Origin: Eledone cirrhosa
Taxonomy: Eukaryota
NCBI GenBank assembly: GCA_964016885.1
Contig: OZ024743.1
Location: 198,214,001-198,278,000 of the forward strand
Length of the DNA stretch: 64,000 nucleotides
Direction of reading: 5' to 3'
Shown here piece by piece: positions 51,570-64,000 of this stretch. Each line of letters begins with the position of its first letter. Positions within the stretch are counted from its first letter, which is position 1. Under the pieces are notes generated by a model. That model did no database searches, was not told the DNA's origin, and was given only the letters and a program-made list of their open reading frames with translations. The position numbers were made by a program, and so were the translations under genes.

Positions 51570-54323
51570 GAGAGTGTGCCATAAAAAGCAAGATCACCAT
51601 ACTAACACCCCCTGTATATTTTCCCATTATAAATGCCCCAATTGGTAAAATAAAACATATTTTATATAAAATAAATTATTTTGAGCCTTGCCTATATCAT
51701 GGTGATTATAATGGAAAGTGTGATTATGTTGCATGAAATCATGAAGTGAAACCAAATATGACCATACAATAATTGTTTATTTTATTAATCCATTATATTT
51801 AGTAAACCAGCTTTGAATATAAAGGCGTACAAGGCAGAAACAAGTTCAGTTAAGTTAACTCCAGTCATATTTTTTTCAGAGTTTCTTTTTTGAAATCCGG
51901 GACCTTGCGCCGATGAGCTTCGACTACTTGAAGAACACACAGCTTCTCCTCCTCATTCTTGGTGATGGCAACAAAATCAACTATCAACTTGACTGCTCTC
52001 TCCGCCAGATCGTTGACTACCTTGATATTGTGAACAACAGCACAGGCATTTGATATGACGCTTGTGATGATCAAATTGCAGGTGATAGCTCAAGCCAAGT
52101 ATTGTCGAGACCAAGGGGATCGATTTCTTCCCAACTAGATGAGGCAGCTTCGTGGACGACTTCAACTCCGGAAATACAGAAGCACCACGGTCGAGAGGCC
52201 CAGACGTTTTCGTTTTGACAAGACGTTGGGCTATTTGTTTCTTCTCGGACTCTTGGACCCGACTTGAAAACAGCGCTAGCGGAATGGCTTCCTCCGTCAG
52301 GTACCAAAGATGCCTGCTCAGAGCAGTAGTGGCTGCCTGCGAGAGATCTCTGTCAACCTTACTGTACTGTGTCAACTCCACGTAGAATTGAAGGTCATTG
52401 GATGGTGCATCAGCACACTTGACTGTTGTTAGCCAGTATCGCACGTAGAACAGAGCATTGAACATACAGGTCCGGCGCAACTTTTCCATTTTAGCTTGAA
52501 CGTAATTGAGTCGCTCACCAAATGCATACATCTTTGCACTATAGATGATTGTGGACATCCACCGAGCGTTATGATGTGCACCAGGCAGCATCCAATGAAT
52601 TCCACGACAAGCAAGATCCACATCAACTCGGCACATTCTCGGTAGTCGTCTCGTGGAAGAGAACTCATTTTCCCATCGTCGGATGTCAGCAAATCTTGGA
52701 GGAAGTTGATGTTCTCAGAACACAGATGCTTGAGTTTCCGGTCGACAATGTTAAATGTTTTAAAGTTGCTCTTGTCCGTGAGTGACACCCAATCTTTTTT
52801 GAACTCCTTGAACTCTGGGGTGTCTGGACTGGACATTGCTCCGAATAGTTGTTGCCACACTGCACACAAGACACCCTCAATGACATGGTGCCGACAAGCA
52901 AAATAAAACACCTTTTTGTTGAGCATCTCTTCTAGTTTCACGCAGGCACCATTTTCCCCTCCAGAATTCGAAGCAGTTGCGTCGAAGACCAAGCCCACCA
53001 CAGACCCATCAACATTCCAATCTTTAACAAGATCAAATGATGCTTTGGCTTGGGTGGTTCCAGTGCCATCAGGAATTATGGGAACACCGAGGAGTTTACC
53101 TTCTCTGAAGTCCGGAGTTCCAGCAACTAGCAAACCTAGCCTCTCGTGTTCACCAGGAATTATTTTGCCATCCCAATGCAAGTTAACAAAGTCTGGTACA
53201 GCAAATTGTTCCTTTATGTGTTCAGCCCCCACAGTTCTGATCTTCTTAGCTGCACGTCTGCTACTATTCTTGGAGAGAGTGTGGCGTCTATGTCAGTCCC
53301 ACCCTAAGAAATAATCGATGCCATAAATGCTGTTCTCTGACCCAGTGTCAGGTTTAAACGATCAGCCATTAGAGAAATGTTTGGACTTTGAAATGGATTC
53401 TTTGGGAGTTCCTGCTGGATTTTTCGTTTCTTGTCTGACTTTGAGCTGGGTGGGTTTGAGGCTTGAAATCCAGGATCCTGTTCATCTTCAGTTTCATCAT
53501 TGGTTGAACTTCAATCACTCAGTTCATTACGTGGAAGTTGTGCTGCTACAGATCCTGACAAACGCTTTCTATGGTTCTCTGACTCTCGACGAGCCACAGA
53601 AACCTGATCACGCTTAAACTTTGAAGATACCTTTTTCTCTTAACCCTTGTCTTCAGCACCCAGAGAAAAACTTTTTGCTGGCAACGCAGGGCTTCGAGAA
53701 ATGTAGCATCTTCCATTTTCTGTTCATTATTACGAAGACTGTCTTTCAAAATTTTCTTTCAGTATCAGTATGTGCAATGTAGAAGTACGAATCCAATTCA
53801 GAAATAAATAGTGCTTCCTTTTCTTTGTTTGAATTACAACCTTTGTTTTTTTGTAAATTTCTGTATTCACTGTACATGTTCATAATTTTCAGTTTCACTT
53901 TGTCTTTTCGTTGAGTCGCCACACCAGCTTTTTCCCACTGACTAACTACTTCCATCACAAGCCTATCCGCAATAGCACCATTGAAGCTCACATGCTTTTC
54001 GCGTTTGAGAGGACCATCTTTCAGGTAGAAGAAATATCTTAGAACATCCCGCTTTGTTGGTATTTTGTTTGGTGAAAAGGATGTAACGTATTTCCCCAGG
54101 AGCGATATTTCTCGATCATCACAATGGAGCGAGTAGCTACAACTAGGCCCACTGGTTTCCGACATGTTTCTGCCAATTTGCAACTATTAGGCAAAGCTTA
54201 AATTAGTCTGAAATAATCAAAATTACATTATAAATTGATAATATACAAAATGGCATGAGAAAATACATAGGGAGCTAAGAAAAAAACACTTTTGTGTAAA
54301 ATGTGGGATTCTGGAACACCCTA
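51570..54323 (-). mobile_element. Decayed hAT-like (hATm-type) DNA transposon with frameshifted transposase, 51865-54183
   Basis: Motifs NKIPTKRDVL, LHWDGK, LLGVP..GTG, FDATASNSG..GAC, ACRHH..E, RDDYRE, PGAHHNARWM, RHLWYL, VVNDLAERAVKL. Imperfect TIRs gagagtgtgcca / tggaacacccta. Subfamily name is from recall. Confidence 0.78.
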
Positions 54324-54360
54324 ATATATATATATATATATATTAGGGTGTTCCAGAATC

Positions 54361-54422
<62 letters not shown>

Positions 54423-54854
54423 GTTTTGGGTTCGGAGTATTCGGTGTATATATTCATTCAAGAACCATATCTCTGGGAAACTTGGAAAAGCTGAAATCAG
54501 AAAACGCACAAAGGTTTCAATGTCACTATAATTGCCCTTCAGTATGAAGCAACCGAACACGAAGCAGTATGTAAAGTACAGCAAACTGGGTTTAATATGT
54601 TACGTGAGATAATATAATACTATGAACAAAAATTATGAAAGTTGTTAATATGAAATATAAAATATAAAAAACAACATATTTTATGTATATATTCGTTATT
54701 ACTTTTATAAAATGTAGGATTATGCATTATGTTTGCTTTTCCCACCGTACATTTCTCACAAAGCTACCGCGAATTTCTCGACACTGCACTTTATATATCT
54801 ACTTGAAGTATTGAAATAGTTTTATTTGTGTTTATATACATACTTATATTGGCA

Positions 54855-54934
<80 letters not shown>

Positions 54935-55432
54935 GAGTGAGAGACTGATGCATAAACAAGCATATATATGTACACACATATATAAATATAGGATTTATAC
55001 ATACATACATATACACAGATAGAGAGTGGTATAAATATATGTCTGTGTTTGTATGCCAATGTGTACGATGTGTGTAATGTGTAATGTCTTCAATAGTACT
55101 CATTAATGTTTATGGGTGAGTAAACCCATCATTTTCTATGGTTTAAATCGCACTTGTCTAACAACTAAAGTCACGAAACCCACCTATTACCTCCCACTAA
55201 AATGACATCTATAAAAACAGAGACACCAAAGCAACTACAGTAAGACGCATAACAACAATAACAGTACCACCACCACCGCCAACAGCAACACCATCACCAC
55301 CACCACCAACAACAACAACACCACCACCACCACCACCACCACCACCAACAACAACAACAAAAACAACACCACCACCAACAACAACAACACCACCACCACC
55401 AACACCACCACCACCACCAACAACAACAACAT

Positions 55433-56425
55433 TAATAATAATAATAATGATTTCATTTATTAGCCACAAGGGCCGACATGTAGGGGACAATACAAAGACA
55501 GGGACAGTGGGGTTTTACAATAAGGTCGAGTAAAAGTGCACAATGGCAAGACTAATTTAACAATGAAAATATAAAAATATAAAATAAACTATGCATAAAT
55601 ATGACAAAATAAATTCCCCGATAGGGGGTGGACGACCCTGGGGTGACTCGGGTACCACACATGAACCAGCCTGCGCTTCTAGGGCCCCCAGGGAGAACAC
55701 CCCTCTCCTCAAGTTAGCTAGCCTATAGGCGCATGGTCAGAGTAGGCCTATTCACACGAGCCATTCTCGCCACATTCACCCACCTGTTAGCAAATGTACT
55801 GGGTTGGCAGCACTTCTCTCTCCACCCTCGCCTTCCTTTTCGGGTGAAACGTGAAGAAGTTGATGAGGGATTGGCCGAAGAGAAAAGTGTCTGTCTTCAG
55901 TCCTTTTAACCTGGTCCACCATATAACCTCTTTCGCAACTGCCACCAGACAGAGGAAAATTTCCTGCTCTTCCTGACTTAAGGAAGGCGGTGGATCGATC
56001 TTCAATATGGACTCGGCCGATAGCCGGATTCGTTCCACACGCGACAGTAGCTGTTCGACATAACTCCAAAAGTCAGTAATGCACGGACATTGGACAAGTG
56101 CGTGCAGACGGTTTCGTCGTTCTGTGCGCATCTTGGGCGGGTCCGTCTGACAGCACTTCCGTGCCTGTAGAGTTTATCCCGAACAGGCAGCGCCTCCCGG
56201 TAGCACTGGTAAGCGAGGGATTTCTGGAAATTGTCCATCGTCCCCGGCTCAAAAGTCCTCCGGAATAGACAGGTCAGTTCGACTTCGTCGAGGCCCAAAG
56301 CTTCTCCGAGTGCGTCATCGCACTTGCCCACTACTAATCCTCTATAGAACTCGAGAGTGAAAGTTCCACTGATCGCATTGCCTGCTTGGTAGAGGGCAGT
56401 GAGTGCCTGGCAACATTCCAGGTGC
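55433..56425 (-). mobile_element. Tx1/L1-type LINE copy A (3' ~1 kb)
   Basis: LECCQALTAL..DNFQKSLAYQCYREALPVRDKL; 3' UTR and (ATT)n tail. Confidence 0.88.
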
Positions 56426-59400
56426 AATAATAGTAATAATAATAATACTTTCTCTATTAACCACAAGGGTTTACATAAAGTAGATATTAAGGACAGTACA
56501 GGACAATACAGGACGGTACAAATGGGCATTTCTGCGTGTAAAAAACAAAAACAGAGGATGTAACAAAAAAATAACAATGAAAAATTCCCCAATACGGGGG
56601 AGACTTCCGAGGGACATTCGTGGAGAAAGCCCATTAAAAAGCCACAGTGACCCTGTCCACCCGGGAAAGTGCTCTCTTCCACCCTTAATTTACAGATACA
56701 TACTCAGAGTAGGCCCATTCACTCGGGCCATTCTTGCCTCTCTCACCCATCTTTCAACAAAATGCTGGGAAGAGAGCACTTCCCCTTCTACCCTGATTTC
56801 CTTTTCAAATGAAATTTGAAAAAGTTAATCAGGGCATCACCGAAGAGGAAAGTGCTCGTCTTCAGCCCTTTCAAACGTGACCACCATACTATCTCTTTCG
56901 CCATGGCCACTAGACAGATAAAAACTGCCTGCCCTTCCCGGCTAAAGAAAGAGGGCGGGGCAATCCTCACGATGGACTCAGCTGATAGCCGGATCCGTCC
57001 TACACACGACAGCAGGTGTTCGACATAAACCCACAAGTCAGCAATGCTCGAACACTGGACGAGTGCGAGCAGGACGGTTTCGTCGTCTTGCGTGCATCTC
57101 GGACATGCCCGGCTGACGCCACCTCCATTCCTGTAGAGTTTATTCCGAACTTGCAAAGCTCCTCGGTAGCATTGCCAGGCCAGGGATTTCTGGAACTTGT
57201 CCATAGGCCCCGGCCCGAAAGTTCTTCCGAAGTGTTTGGCTAGTTGAGTTTCGTCGACGCCTAGAGTTTCCCCAAGTACGTCGTCGCTCTTCCCTTCCAC
57301 TAATCCTCTATAGAACGCCAAGGTGGAGTTTACACCGATCGCATTGCCCGATTGGTCGAGGGCTGTGAGGGCCTGAACACATTCCAGTCTCCAAGCGCTC
57401 CCTCTCGATTTTCGTTTAACCCAGGACTGCAGCTCCGTCAAGGAGAAAGACGCGTCTAGCAAACGACGACCACACCTGATCACCGTCGAGGAAGAGGTGG
57501 AGATGTTGTTGCCTGAGCGCGTGTCTGCGCATCATCAGCCACGGCATCCCCAACCCTCCACATAGCGGGTGTTGACAGCAGATGGACCGCCTGACCATCG
57601 GAGCGCGTACCTTCCACAAAAAGTGAAAGAACAAACGCTCCAGCGCAGTCAGGCGGTACTTAGGGCAAGGTACGACGGTCAGGCGGTAATAGATGACGGA
57701 CGCGATGTACGCATTAGCCACCTCCGCTCGACCTTTCAAGGATAGCTTCCTCTTCGCCCATTTCTGGGTGAGAGAAGCCACCCTGCTCGTCACCTCGTCC
57801 CAGTGTTTGTCCGTCTGGAGGTCCGGACCGAACCAGACCCCCTAGCAATTTAACCGGTCCGTCCGTCCAGCGCCCGACGACGCAGTTGGACGGCATGGAA
57901 CTGCCTCCCCAGGTGCCGAGCTGCAGGCCCACTAACTTTTCCTGGTTGACCATTGCTCCTGTCACCGCTTTGTATTCTCTTAGTGAAGTCCCGATCGCCA
58001 CGATGTGTTTGGCGTTCGACACCACTACGGTGACATCGTCCACATATGCTAACACGGATCTTCCGCATCCTAGTTCGCGCGGGACGCACCTCAACGTATC
58101 TAGTTTGTGCAGTAATGGCTCGAGAGTCAATACGTACAAGAGGGACGAGAGGGGACATCCTTGGCGGACCGAGCGCATGATATTGAACGGTTCCGAAAGG
58201 TAACCGTTCACTCTCACCACAGAGCAGATGTCGCTATGCATGGGAGCGATCCAGCCCCTGAAGACAGGACCAAAGCCAGCCGCCCTCAGGACTGCTGCTA
58301 GGTAACGATGGTCAACCCTATCGAAAGCTTTAGACTGATCTAAATTGATCAAGGACCCACCGGTGCCAGGTTCCCTAGCTACCCTCTCTACGATGTATCG
58401 CATGAGGTGGAGGTTGTCGTGGATGGATCTGTCGGGAATGGCGCATGTCTGCGCCTCTCCCACCAGACCACCAACGACAAACGCCAACCTCTTTGCTAGC
58501 ACCTTGGCCAAAATCTAGAACTCTGTCATTAGCAGAGTTACGGGCCTGAAATTATCTATGTTATCCCCCTTGTTCGGATCCTTTCTTAGCAGCGCCACAG
58601 CTCCTCGACTCACAGAGCTGGGAATTCTCCCCTTCTGTTGCCAGTTGCAGGAGATGTCCGCCAAGAAGCCTCCGAACAAGTCTGGCATCTGTACGTAAAG
58701 TTCATAGGGCAGACCAGGCGATTTACCCCTAGTGCAGCTAGTCATTGCCTCCCGTACTTCAGCGGCTATTATCGGCTTTTCGCAACACTCCGCCTCAGTG
58801 GTCGAGAGCCGCGGCAGTCCGTCGAGGTAGACACTAAAGTCCATACCTCGATCCGGTGCGCCGCTGCCCCCGAACGGCTGAGCGAAGTGTCGCTGAAAAG
58901 CTTCACACATTTGCCCGGGATCGAGTAGCATGCGCCCGTCGTGGTCCACCAAAGACCGGATCGTGGCTTCGTTGCCACGACGCGCCTCCGCCACTCGGGC
59001 CCATTAAACGGCTTTCGTCCTCTCGTGTCTGAAAAGACGCACCCTAGCTCTTACAACGCAGCTTTTGTGCTTTGCATTGAAGAATTGGTCAAGGGCCAAT
59101 TTCGCCGCAAGTACGTCAGTCGCGATGTCTTTGCTAAGCGCCTCGTCTAATTTTCTAACTAATTCTCCCTCTGCTCTATTTTTCTCTATTGCTAAAGCCT
59201 TACTAAATCTAATGGACTCTATTCTAATCTCTCTTTTCAGAGCAAACCACCACTTGTTGTTGACGATGGCCCCCGTCAACGTTCGCTTAACTAGTTCGCT
59301 AATCCGGTCTCTGTAGGCCTTATGCGCTGGTAAGGACGCGTTTAGCTTCCAGTAGCCTGGTCCTCGTCTATGAAGCCTATCTAAGTCAAGCACACAGATC

Positions 59401-61216
59401 ACGAATTAGTGGTCCGTGTAGCTGACTATCTTGAATTGTGGACAGCATATGCTAGACCTATTTATTTCCCTACAAAATACTCTATCTAGATATTGTCCTA
59501 CTCCACATTGGCACATTCGGGAAATCCAATCGGTACCTGTCAGACAGTTCAAAACCCCTGAGCAGGTTGGTGAGGCTCTTGCACCCTCCTCCCCTATCCG
59601 CTAATCCCACACAGTCCCAGCGTGCATCTAAGATCTCGTTCCAGTCGCCCACTAACACTAAAGAGCAGGGCGTTCCAAGAAAGGTCCCCAGACGCCGGAA
59701 GAAATCAGGCCGCACTGCTCCTGTCTGGACATAGACGGCCACTAGCCTGAAAGCTTGCCCGTCTCCGCTGGTCACGTCCAGCACCACCAACTTACCTTCT
59801 GGGTGCAGGAAGATGGCCCGTATGGCGAGATCCAAACCTCTCCGAAAAAGCACAGCAACTCCTCCCCACCCCATTCAGGACGACTGGGAGATGCGTACAC
59901 ATCGTAGCCACCGAAGATCGGTGCGAAGGTCCGTGCTTCGGAGATTATGGTCTCGCTGATGGCCACTACATCTATGTTTAGTGACCTGAGGTCGTTGAGC
60001 AGGTGGCCCTGCTTCCATGACGAACCCAAGCCACGCGCATTTATGCTGCCTATTCTGTGTGAGGTCATGCTGAAATGGAGTGGAAAAGATGGGAAAGACC
60101 ACTTACCTTACTTCTCGTAGAGGAAGGATGGTTTCTCCATCCTTTTCACTGCTTGTGGCCTCCTCCGGAAGGATGTCCTTATAAATCCTCCTGGAGAGTG
60201 CTTGTCGGAAGTCTCCGATGTCTTTGAGGAATTTTTGTTTTAGTGTCGTGTACGTTTTCTCTGTGATGCGAGTGATTTGTATGTGTGGACGTGGTGTGAA
60301 CTTTTGGGTTGTTGTGTAGTCTTTTTCCGTGATGCTGGTGTTGTGTTGGATGTAGTGTAATAATTGGTTGTTGTTCAAATTTAATGCTGTGTAGTGTGTA
60401 TCGTTTTGGTTGTTTTGTTTTGTTTGCGTCTGTAGTGGGTTTGTTTCTGTTTCGTTTTTGGTGACTTTTGTGGTGTTGGTGATGGTGGTGTTGGGGTTAA
60501 TGATGGTGATGGTGTTGGTGTTTGTGGTGATGGGTTTGGTGATACTGGTGTGGATGGTGGCATAGCTGTCCTAACGTTTTTGTTTGTTAATTTATTTGTT
60601 TCCCTCTGTATTTTGTTTTTGGTGGGGGAAGGAAGGGGATTTTTTCTTTTTTGATAATCTGGCCTCCTGTGGTGTTCCAAAGAACACGTCCACGGTTCCA
60701 TATTTCTGCCCACGCCTGATGTGGGGTTTTTTGCCCACATATGTCCCAAAGCTTTTTGGATTTGGGACTCGGATGCCCGTACCACTCGGCGCGATTTTAT
60801 GTTAATCGTCCTATAAGACATGGTGCATAGGCGCCGATGCTCCATTTTATTAGAGGGGGGTGAGGCTGACCCTCTACCCATTTTTCTTTACCATTCTCTT
60901 GGCTTCAACTAATTCCTCCTGATTTACCTGGATTACTTCGCACTTTTTTGCTACTCTGGCAAAAGACAGAGTTGTTTTCTTATTCTCATTGTTGTTGTTG
61001 CTGTTGTTGTTATCGTTATTTTTGTTATTGTTACTTTTAGTTTCAGTTGTGGTGGTGGTGGGCCCAATCTTTTTGAGTGTTCTTTTTCAGAAAACAATGT
61101 ATGTGCACTTATATATAGTTAACAATAAAAATTTTCCATAAATGGCAATTTTAAACAACCGAAATCAACAAACATTTGCGGAGCTCACGATAATACGATT
61201 TCCTACGTAGGTCGCC
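56426..61216 (-). mobile_element. Tx1/L1-type LINE copy B, near full length, degraded (ORF1 remnant ~60103-60881; ORF2 ~56700-60068)
   Basis: GSINARGL..ISET, VGDWN (APE); GYWKLN; NFRPVTLL, LDQSKAFDRVDH, VRQGCPLS, AYVDD (RT); GGLGMP; C-terminal CxxC. Confidence 0.92.
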
Positions 61217-61256
<40 letters not shown>

Positions 61257-64000
61257 TCTTTATTGGCCACAAGTTTTGACATCAAGAAAAACATTACAGA
61301 CTGCACAGGACGGTACAGGACGGTATGATGTGGGTTTTGTGCGTGTAAATATTTTTATTATTTATATAAGAAAAGAAAAAAAAGACAGAAATATATATAT
61401 ATATAAACAATGAAAATGAAAATTGAAACAATGAAAAACTCCCCAATAGGGGGGAAACCCCCGAGGGTTAGTCGTGGCGAAACCACACAAAAGACCACGG
61501 CCACCCTGATCACCAGGGCAAGCGCCCTCTCTAGGGCTATTCACTAGGGCCATTCTCGCTACATTCACCCACCTTTCAACAAACTTGCTAGAAGGCAGCA
61601 CTTGCCTCTCCGGTAGCACTGCCAGGCCTGGGATTTTTTGAAGTTATCCATAGGCCCTGAGCTGAAAGTTCTCTGGAAGAGAGCAAACAGCTGATCTTCT
61701 TCGACGCCCAGGATCTCTCCGAGAACGTCGTCGCTCTTCCCTTCCACTGGTCCTCTATAGAACACCGAGGTGGATGTTCCACCGATACTGGTGTCCAGCT
61801 GGCAGAGGGCAGTGAGCGCCTGGAGACATTCCAGTTTCCAAACGCTATCCGTCGGTTTTTTTCTGACCCAGGACTGCAGCTCCGTCAAGGAGACGAGCTG
61901 TGGGAAAACGTGCCTGGCGAACGGCGACCACACCTGTTCACCGTCAAGAAAGCACCAGAGATGTCGCAGCCTCAGCGCTTGTTTGCGCATCATCAGCCAT
62001 GGCATGCCCAGTCCTCTACGCAACGGGTGTTGATAGCAGATGGATCGTCTGGTCATGGGAGCGCGCCCCTTCCACAAAAAGCGGAAGAGGAGCCGCTCCA
62101 TTTTGGTGAGAGTTTGGGGCGGGGCAAGGGACGACGGTGAGGCGGTAGCAGATGACGGATGCGATGTACGCATTCTCCACCTCCGCCTGGCCTTTCAGGG
62201 ACAGCTTCCTCTCGGCGCATTTCTGGGAGGCCACCTTGCTCGTCACCTCGTTCCAGTTTTTCTCTATCTGGAGGTCTGGTCCGAACCAGACTCCGAGCAA
62301 TTTAACCGGTCCGTCCGTCCAAACGCCCCACGACGCCGTTGGACGGCATGGACTTGCCTCTCCAGGTGCTGAGCTTCAAGCCCACCGACTTTTCCTGGTT
62401 TATCTTTGCTCCTGTCAGCGGTTCGTATTCCTTGAGGGCGGTGCCAAGCATCTGGACGTGTCTGGGGCTCGACACCACCGCGGTGACGTCATCGGCGCAA
62501 GCCGACTCGGATTTCCCGCATCCTAGTTCGCGTGGGACGTCCCTCATCGCCCCCAGTTTGTGCAGTAACGGCTCGAGAGCCAATACGTACAAGAGGGATG
62601 AGAGGGGACAACCCTGGCGGACTGAGCGCATGATGCTGAACGGCTGCGACAGGTGACCGTTCACTCTCACAACTGAGCAGATGTCGCTGCCTCGAGGACC
62701 GCCGCTGCCTCGAGGACCGATGGTCGATCCTATCGAATGCTTTGGATTGATCCAAGTTGATCAGGGCTCCACCCGTGCCAGGTTCCTTAACCTCCCTCTC
62801 TATGATGTATCGCATGAGGTGGAGGTTGTCGTGTAAGGATCTGTCCGGAATGGCGCATGTCAGCGCCTCTCCCACCAGACCCTTGAAGACAAGCGCTAAC
62901 CTCGTTGCTAACACCTTGGCCAAAACCTTGAACTCTGCATTTAGCAGGGTTATGGGCCTGAAATTATTGATAACATCCCCCTTGTTCGGGTCTTTTCTCA
63001 GCAGCGCCACCGCTCCTCGGCTCACAAAACTGGAAATGCTCCCGTTCTGCTGCCAGTTGCAGTAGACGTCTGCCAAGAGGTCACCGAACAAGTCTGGCAT
63101 AAATGCATAAAGCTCGTAGGGCAGACCATACAAACCTGGCGATTTACCCATCGTGCAGTTAGCCATCGCTTCCCGTATTTCACCGGCTGTTATTGGCTTT
63201 TCGCAACACTGTGCTGCGGTCATCCAGAGCCGAGGCAGTCCGTCGAGGCATGCACTGAAGTCCATGCCCCGATCCGGGCCGCCGCTGCTCCCGAACAGTT
63301 CAGTAATGTGCTGCTGAAAAGCTTCACACATCTGCTCGGTTTCGAGCAAGACGCACCCGTTTTGGTCAGACAAAGACCGAATTGTGGCTTTGTTGCCACA
63401 TCGCGCCTCTGCCACTCGGGCCCATTGGACGGCTTTTGTCCCCTCGTGTTTCAGAGCACGCGCTCTAGCTCTGACAACGCAGCCTTCGTGTTTTGCGTTG
63501 AAGAATTGGTCGAGTGCCAATCACGCCGCAAGCACGTCGGTTTCGATGCCTGTCCTAAACGCCTCTTCTAGCTTTCTGACTAGATCTTCCTCTACTCTAT
63601 TTTCCTCTATCACTAGTCCTTTTCTAAACCTAATCGACTCTACTTTAATTGCCCTTTTCAGGGCGAACGACCACCTGTTGTTGACGACCCCTCCCGTCAA
63701 CACCCGCTTAACTAATACGCTAATCCGGTCTCTGTAGGCTTTGCGCGCCAGGAAAGAAGCGTTCAGCTTCCAGTAACCGAGCCTTTATCTATGAAGTCTG
63801 TCTATGTCGATCTCACAGATCACAAATGTGTGGTCTGTGTAGTTGACTATTTTAAATTGTGGACAACTTATACTAGCCTTAGCTAGTTCTCTGCAGAATA
63901 CCCTATCGAGATTCGATCTGGATGACCCGATACGGTTTGTCCATGTCCACATTAGCACATTCGGGTGATCCAGTCGATACCTGTCAGACAGTTCAAAACG
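61217..64000 (-). mobile_element. Tx1/L1-type LINE copy C (runs off window end; internal deletions near 61610 and 62700)
   Basis: Same ORF2 motifs; (ATT)n tail abuts the apparent 5' end of copy B. Confidence 0.9.

Noticed and set aside
57850-63737. Plus-strand and alternative-frame ORFs over the LINEs (also over the CR1 and the transposase)
   Set aside because: Shadow frames of GC-richer transposon coding sequence.

Overview
Gene-poor, AT-rich eukaryotic DNA dense in (TA)n/(CA)n microsatellites. The SINE/LINE mix suggests a cephalopod such as Octopus (inference only). No intact host gene is visible; most ORF-track entries are microsatellite translations. Recognisable elements: three Penelope-like (PLE) remnants (RT and/or GIY-YIG), a CR1 LINE, a head-to-tail stack of three Tx1/L1-type LINEs plus a separate 3' fragment, an RLE-type LINE end, RTE 3' ends, a decayed hAT-like (hATm-type) transposon, a hAT MITE with a nested fold-back element, and tRNA-derived SINEs. 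The unexplained signal is about 20 type I hammerhead ribozyme (HHR) motifs, found by eye, from at least 12 unrelated sequence families. About 11 fold well. Many lie in 0.1-1.3 kb non-coding islands within (TA)n tracts. Several islands are longer than one repeat unit (periods about 430-560 nt) and are folded back or 5'-inverted like the PLE at the window start. This pattern fits a diverse, PLE-mobilised, TA-targeted retrozyme-like system with possibly circular RNA intermediates. All alignments and folds are manual and approximate.
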